Shown here in pieces: positions 59,195 to 64,000 of a stretch of 64,000 nucleotides of DNA. The notes beneath the pieces were generated by a model, which did no database searches, was not told where the DNA came from, and saw only the letters and a program-made list of their open reading frames with translations. The stretch's first letter is position 1. The number at the start of each line of letters is the position of its first letter. Both the position numbers and the translations under genes were made by a program. The stretch is from an uncultured Cryomorphaceae bacterium (GTDB taxonomy: Bacteria; Bacteroidota; Bacteroidia; Flavobacteriales; UBA7430), in assembly GCA_964516765.1 (NCBI GenBank), contig CAZEWZ010000007.1, positions 4,828 to 68,827 on the forward strand. The letters run 5' to 3'.

Positions 59195-59848
59195 ATGAAA
59201 TGTTTATTGCTTCCTATTTTTGTTGTGTTTAGTTTGAATATTTCATCACAGTCTCTATCAATTAATCCCCAAACATCCTACTATGCTCAAATGGGTGAGA
59301 CTTGTGCTGCTAATTTTAATGTTACTAATCTAAGTAATGAAGATCTTAATGTCGTAGTATCTAGGTCCATGCCTGACTATGATATTACTACCTATTTTTG
59401 TTGGGGTCCTACTTGTTATACTCCATCTTCAGATATTTCAACCACTTCTATAACGATTCCTGCAGGACAAAGTTTTGGAGGATTTACTGGATATGTCCAG
59501 GGTATACCAGAAGCATCTACTTTTTTGATTAATTATTGTTTTTATCCTGAAGACGACCCTTTAGAAAGAGTTTGTGCTGATGTGAACTTTACATCTATAT
59601 CCCTGTCTATTCTCGAGCCAGAAACTATGAAATTATTCCCCAATCCCGCTGTAGATTATTTATATGTTGAAGGCCAAGGATACTTCGATTTTATACTGTA
59701 TGACATAGTTGGGAATTTGGTACTCTCAGAAATTTTAGTTGGGAAAAGTCGTTTTGATATTTCTGATTTTGAGCCTGGAATATATTATTATTCTTTTGGA
59801 AGTTTAGGCATAAAATATGAAGTTAAAAAGCTAGTTATTGTTCATTAA
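59195..59848 (+). CDS. Small T9SS cargo, tandem paralog with YFCWGPTCY motif + type A CTD (start likely 59195)
   Basis: Signal MKCLLLPIFVVFSLNISSQ, LFPNPAVD...LYDIVGN...GIYYY...KKLVIVH; aligns by eye with 58489-59172. Confidence 0.85.
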   Translation: MKCLLLPIFVVFSLNISSQSLSINPQTSYYAQMGETCAANFNVTNLSNEDLNVVVSRSMPDYDITTYFCWGPTCYTPSSDISTTSITIPAGQSFGGFTGYVQGIPEASTFLINYCFYPEDDPLERVCADVNFTSISLSILEPETMKLFPNPAVDYLYVEGQGYFDFILYDIVGNLVLSEILVGKSRFDISDFEPGIYYYSFGSLGIKYEVKKLVIVH

Positions 59849-59867
59849 TTCCAAGATAATTTATTTT

Positions 59868-59891
59868 AAGAAGCCTTTGGCTCTTTTTTTT
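59868..59891 (+). terminator. Weak candidate terminator after the T9SS cargo cluster
   Basis: AAGAAGCC-TTT-GGCTCTTTTTTTT; short stem with a long T tract. Confidence 0.4.
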
Positions 59892-59922
59892 CCTCAAATC
59901 ACTCTAATTCGAACACAATACT

Positions 59923-59930
59923 TACTTTTG
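59923..59930 (+). promoter_or_regulatory. Bacteroidota -7 box for pheT
   Basis: TACTTTTG, 22 nt upstream of the ATG. Confidence 0.6.
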
Positions 59931-59952
59931 CTTATACTCAAACCAAATCCTT

Positions 59953-62391
59953 ATGAAGGTATCATATAGCTGGATCAAAGAATATATAAATGTGGACCTA
60001 AGTCCTGAAGACTGTGCGAAAGTTCTTACCGATACTGGATTAGAGGTAGAAGGAATTAGTGAGTATGAACATGTTAAAGGTGGTCTTAAAGGCTTACTTG
60101 TTGGTGAGGTAATTACCTGCGAAGCTCATCCAAATGCCGACCGATTGAACAAAACTAAGGTAGATATAGGTTCTGAAGTTCTTGATATTGTTTGTGGTGC
60201 ACCAAATGTAGCTAAAGGATTAAAAGTAGTTGTAGCCCCTGTAGGAACTGTCTTGTGGGATGGCGATGGGAATTCATTTAAGATTAAAAAAGGAAAGATA
60301 AGAGGTGAATCGTCTATTGGAATGATTTGTGGTGCTGACGAAATAGGAATGGGTGAAGCCAATAATAGCATAATTGTTTTAGATACCAAGGCTGAAGTAG
60401 GTTCACTAGTTAGCTCTCATTTCAATCTAGAATCGGATACTGTTTTTGATATTGGTTTAACCCCAAATCGTTCAGATGCGATGGGGCATATGGGGGTAGC
60501 TCTAGATCTTAGAGCAGGATTGGCTGCTCAAGGAAATAAACTAAATCTTTGTTCGCCCTCTGTGGATGCATTTAAATTAGATCGTATTGAACGATCTATA
60601 GAGGTCGTCGTAGATGATTTTGTTGCATGTCCTAGATATGCTGGTATATGTATTTCTGGACTTACTGTGAAAGAATCTCCTGAGTGGATTCGAAGAAGAT
60701 TACTCGCAATAGGCATTACTCCCCAAAATAATCTTATCGATATTACCAATTATGTTTTGCATGAGTCTGGAAACCCCCTACATGTATATGATGCAGACAA
60801 GATTAAGGGAAATAAGATTGTAGTTAAAAAGTTTTCTAAAGACACTAAGTTTACGACTCTTGACAAGGTAGAACGAAATTTGCATTCAGATGATTTAATG
60901 ATTTGCGATGAGGAATCGGCTATTTGTTTGGCTGGAGTTTTCGGAGGTTTAAAATCTGGAGTATCAGAAAATACTACATCTATATTTTTAGAATCGGCAT
61001 TTTTTAATCCAGTATCCATTAGAAAGAGTGCTAAACGGCATGGATTAAATACTGATGCTTCTTTTCGATTTGAACGTTCGGTTAATCCAGATAGCGTAGT
61101 TTGGTCATTGAAGCGAGCTTCACTTCTAATACAAGAGATCGCTGGAGGGTATTTGAGCTCTGAATTAATTGATATATATCCTGAGCCAATTGTTGCCTTC
61201 GAAATTCAATTTTCATATAAAAAATGTAACGAACTTATTGGAGAAGTACTAGACCGCGATTCCATCAAAGAGATTCTTCATAATTTGGAGATAAAAATAT
61301 TAGAAGAAAGTGAAGATACCCTCATGTTATCTGTTCCTCCTTACAGAGCAGATGTCCAAAGAGAGGTTGATGTAATCGAAGAAGTATTAAGGATTTACGG
61401 CTATAATAATATTTCGATGTCAGGAAGAATTAATGCCTCCTTGTCAATAGTATCTAAGCCTGATAACCAAATGATTCAGGAAAAAATTTCCAATTTATTA
61501 AGTGATAATGGTTTTTATGAGGCCATGTGTAATTCGCTAATAAAAAAATCTCATACCGAAGAATCACAGGTATTCAAACCAGAATCACAAGTTGTGATTT
61601 TAAATCCGCTTAGTCAAGATCTAAATGTCCTTCGACAATCTCTTATTTTTGGAGGTTTGGATAGCATCGCTTTCAATTTGAATAGAAAATCTGCAGATGT
61701 ATTTTTGTATGAATTTGGAAAAATTTACAACCGCTACGAGGATAAATTTATTGAAGAACAGCAATTAGCTCTTTGGATGACCGGAAAAAAACAAGAAGAA
61801 AATTGGAATGTTGGGTCACAAAATGTAGATTTCTTTTTTATGAAGGGGATAGTAGAAAAACTCCTACAAAAGTTAGGTATTCAGCGTGGAATATCCTTGA
61901 ATCCTTCTAAATCTGATTTTTTTCAAGAAGGAATTAATTTTAAGGTACGCAAGAAAAAAATTGCTGAAATAGGTTTGTTGAAAAAGAGATTGCTGAAAAA
62001 AAATGGAATTAAGCAAGATGTCTTTTACGCACAATTGAACTGGGATTTAATTATTGAGATGAGTAAAGATCAAAAGATTAAACATAAAGCTGTTTCCAAA
62101 TTCCCATCGGTGCGCAGAGATTTAGCTCTGTTATTAAACAAAGAAGTCTCTTTTTCGGAAATAGAAAATATTGCTTTCCGAACCGAAAAGCATCTTCTCA
62201 AAGAAGTCAAGCTTTTTGATGTTTATCAAGGAACTAAATTAGCAGCAGAAAAAAAATCATATGCTCTTAGTTTTACTTTTAGAGATGAAGACAAAACGTT
62301 GGTAGATAAAGTAGTAAATAAATCCATATTGCAAATATTTAAATCTTTGGAGCAACAGCTGAGTGCTGAACTTCGAGACGGTGTCTTATAG
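59953..62391 (+). CDS. pheT: Phenylalanine--tRNA ligase beta subunit
   Basis: LTDTGLEVE, HPNADRL, VCGAPNV, LTPNRSD, DASFRFER, SKFPSVRRDLA, AELR C-terminus. Confidence 0.97.
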   Translation: MKVSYSWIKEYINVDLSPEDCAKVLTDTGLEVEGISEYEHVKGGLKGLLVGEVITCEAHPNADRLNKTKVDIGSEVLDIVCGAPNVAKGLKVVVAPVGTVLWDGDGNSFKIKKGKIRGESSIGMICGADEIGMGEANNSIIVLDTKAEVGSLVSSHFNLESDTVFDIGLTPNRSDAMGHMGVALDLRAGLAAQGNKLNLCSPSVDAFKLDRIERSIEVVVDDFVACPRYAGICISGLTVKESPEWIRRRLLAIGITPQNNLIDITNYVLHESGNPLHVYDADKIKGNKIVVKKFSKDTKFTTLDKVERNLHSDDLMICDEESAICLAGVFGGLKSGVSENTTSIFLESAFFNPVSIRKSAKRHGLNTDASFRFERSVNPDSVVWSLKRASLLIQEIAGGYLSSELIDIYPEPIVAFEIQFSYKKCNELIGEVLDRDSIKEILHNLEIKILEESEDTLMLSVPPYRADVQREVDVIEEVLRIYGYNNISMSGRINASLSIVSKPDNQMIQEKISNLLSDNGFYEAMCNSLIKKSHTEESQVFKPESQVVILNPLSQDLNVLRQSLIFGGLDSIAFNLNRKSADVFLYEFGKIYNRYEDKFIEEQQLALWMTGKKQEENWNVGSQNVDFFFMKGIVEKLLQKLGIQRGISLNPSKSDFFQEGINFKVRKKKIAEIGLLKKRLLKKNGIKQDVFYAQLNWDLIIEMSKDQKIKHKAVSKFPSVRRDLALLLNKEVSFSEIENIAFRTEKHLLKEVKLFDVYQGTKLAAEKKSYALSFTFRDEDKTLVDKVVNKSILQIFKSLEQQLSAELRDGVL

Positions 62392-62392
62392 A

Positions 62393-62421
62393 TTGACAGA
62401 ACAGAATGGTTATCTTATAAT
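62393..62421 (+). promoter_or_regulatory. Perfect E. coli-type sigma70 consensus upstream of clpX
   Basis: TTGACA (62393-98), 17-nt spacer, TATAAT (62416-21); function in this host unverified. Confidence 0.35.
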
Positions 62422-62431
62422 GTAAGTATTT

Positions 62432-63664
62432 ATGGAAGAGAAAAATGTAAATTGTTCATTTTGCGGTCGCTCTAAGCAAGAGACTGATGTTTTAATTGCC
62501 GGTACCACAGGTCATATATGTAACCTATGTATTACCCAAGCTCACGAAATTATTTTGGAAGAAACCGAACACAATGAAAAAGAAGTTCTCGCCAAAGAAT
62601 TTACTATTCAAAAGCCAATTGAAATAAAAGAGCATTTAGATCTTTTTGTGATTGGTCAGGATCAAGCCAAAAAAGTTCTTTCTGTTTCGGTATATAATCA
62701 TTATAAGCGAATACTACAGGAACGAAATTCAGACGAGGAGGTAGAAATTGAAAAGTCTAATATAATGATGGTTGGTAAAACTGGGACTGGAAAAACTCTT
62801 CTAGCTCGTTCTATTGCAAAAATGCTAAACGTTCCATTTACAATTGTGGATGCTACAGTACTAACTGAAGCAGGATATGTTGGGGAAGATGTGGAAGGCA
62901 TTTTATCTCGCTTACTTCAAGCATGTGATTTTGATGTAGATCTCGCTGAACGTGGGATTATATTTATTGATGAAATTGATAAGATTGCCAGAAAGAGTGA
63001 CAATCCGTCTATCACAAGAGATGTCTCAGGAGAAGGAGTTCAGCAAGCAATGTTGAAGCTATTGGAGGGTACAGTTGTCAATGTTCCTCCTCAAGGAGGA
63101 AGGAAGCATCCAGATCAAAAATATATAAAAGTCGACACAAAAAATATTTTGTTTATCTGCGGTGGAGCTTTTGATGGAATCGAAAGACATATCCGTAATA
63201 GAATGAATACCAACGCATTAGGCTTTGGTAATGCGGCTGAAGACCAGATAGATGAAGAAAATATACTTAAGTACATTAACCCCCAAGATGTCAAAAGTTT
63301 TGGAATTATTCCAGAGCTCATCGGAAGACTACCTGTTTTAACACATCTTGATCCACTTGATAAAAAGGCTTTGAGAAATATACTTACAGAGCCTAAAAAT
63401 TCGATTATTAAGCAATACAGAAAATTATTTGAAATAGATGATATAGTACTTAAGATTGACGATGAAGTATATGATTACATCGTCAGTCAGGCAGATAATT
63501 TTGGCCTTGGAGCAAGAGGTCTTCGTTCTATCTGTGAGGCAATTATGGTTGATGCTATGTTTGAATTGCCCTCTTCTAACGAAAAAGAATTTCATGTTAG
63601 CCTTACCTATGCCAAGGAAAAGCTATCAAAAAATAAACTTAGACAGCTTCGTGCCGTTAGTTAA
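62432..63664 (+). CDS. clpX: ATP-dependent Clp protease ATP-binding subunit ClpX
   Basis: CSFCG...ICNLC zinc-binding domain, [39 protein letters not shown]. Confidence 0.97.
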   Translation: MEEKNVNCSFCGRSKQETDVLIAGTTGHICNLCITQAHEIILEETEHNEKEVLAKEFTIQKPIEIKEHLDLFVIGQDQAKKVLSVSVYNHYKRILQERNSDEEVEIEKSNIMMVGKTGTGKTLLARSIAKMLNVPFTIVDATVLTEAGYVGEDVEGILSRLLQACDFDVDLAERGIIFIDEIDKIARKSDNPSITRDVSGEGVQQAMLKLLEGTVVNVPPQGGRKHPDQKYIKVDTKNILFICGGAFDGIERHIRNRMNTNALGFGNAAEDQIDEENILKYINPQDVKSFGIIPELIGRLPVLTHLDPLDKKALRNILTEPKNSIIKQYRKLFEIDDIVLKIDDEVYDYIVSQADNFGLGARGLRSICEAIMVDAMFELPSSNEKEFHVSLTYAKEKLSKNKLRQLRAVS

Positions 63665-63673
63665 TCTTCGAAT

Positions 63674-64000
63674 ATGAATCATAAGGTTCTAATTAGTTTG
63701 GGTTCAAATATGGGGAATCGAGAGGAGAATATCAATCAAGCCATTTATTCTATTAAATTAGGTTTAGGGACTGTTTTGGCTCAGTCTCCCATGTATGAAA
63801 GCGCGTCTTGGGGATATGATGACTCAAGCTACCTAAATAATGCACTGTGTTTATCTACATCGCTAGAACCCCTAAAGTTGATGGATGCTCTATTGCATAT
63901 TGAGTTGATTCAAGGTCGAGAACGAAATCATAACCATGGTTATGAGGCAAGAACAATAGATATAGATGTAATTCTTATTGAGGGTTTAGTTATAAATCAT
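63674..64000 (+). CDS. folK: 2-amino-4-hydroxy-6-hydroxymethyldihydropteridine diphosphokinase (partial, runs off the window; absent from the ORF track)
   Basis: Manual translation MNHKVLISLGSNMGNRE...YES...YLN...IE...GRER...ARTIDIDVIL. Confidence 0.93.
   Translation, partial: MNHKVLISLGSNMGNREENINQAIYSIKLGLGTVLAQSPMYESASWGYDDSSYLNNALCLSTSLEPLKLMDALLHIELIQGRERNHNHGYEARTIDIDVILIEGLVINH

Noticed and set aside
1162-63677. Many short alternative-frame or antisense ORFs in the track (e.g. 2148-2564, 15956-16309, 45607-46227, 53359-53574)
   Set aside because: They lie wholly within well-supported genes and show no motifs; they are expected shadow ORFs.
1-64000. CRISPR arrays, tRNA/rRNA genes, transposases, integrases, prophage or anti-phage defence genes
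   Set aside because: None recognised by eye: no regularly spaced repeats, no tRNA-like intergenic sequence, and all long ORFs have other assignments. tRNAscan/Infernal were not run.

Overview
AT-rich chromosomal segment of a Bacteroidota bacterium. A marine Flavobacteriales-like lineage is inferred from the gene order (pdxA-yceD-rpmF-fabH-accB-accC, asnS-rpoN, hpt-adk-obgE, maeB-ruvA-sprA), from TAnnTTTG -7 promoter boxes and from type IX secretion (T9SS) genes. Most of the window is housekeeping: fatty-acid synthesis and beta-oxidation, dxs, purine salvage, recG, ruvA, pheT, clpX and a partial folK. The accessory content centres on T9SS: the SprA translocon plus about eight cargo proteins. 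The main points of interest are: (1) a Lys-gingipain (Kgp)-like C25 protease with a textbook sigma54 -24/-12 promoter and a perfect 18-bp palindrome, directly behind rpoN and a Cys-less ArsR; (2) four T9SS cargo genes after sprA, two with WCGPC thioredoxin domains (one fused to a gingipain-type cleaved-adhesin domain) and two tandem paralogs with a YFCWGxTCY motif; (3) a DUF962/LolA-like/ABC/beta-barrel operon; (4) a decayed pseudogene with a von Willebrand factor C-like Cys pattern that the ORF track does not show; (5) a 34-bp perfect palindrome before the MarR-fad operon. I saw no rRNA, tRNA, CRISPR array or mobile element. All calls are from reading the sequence; no database search was run.
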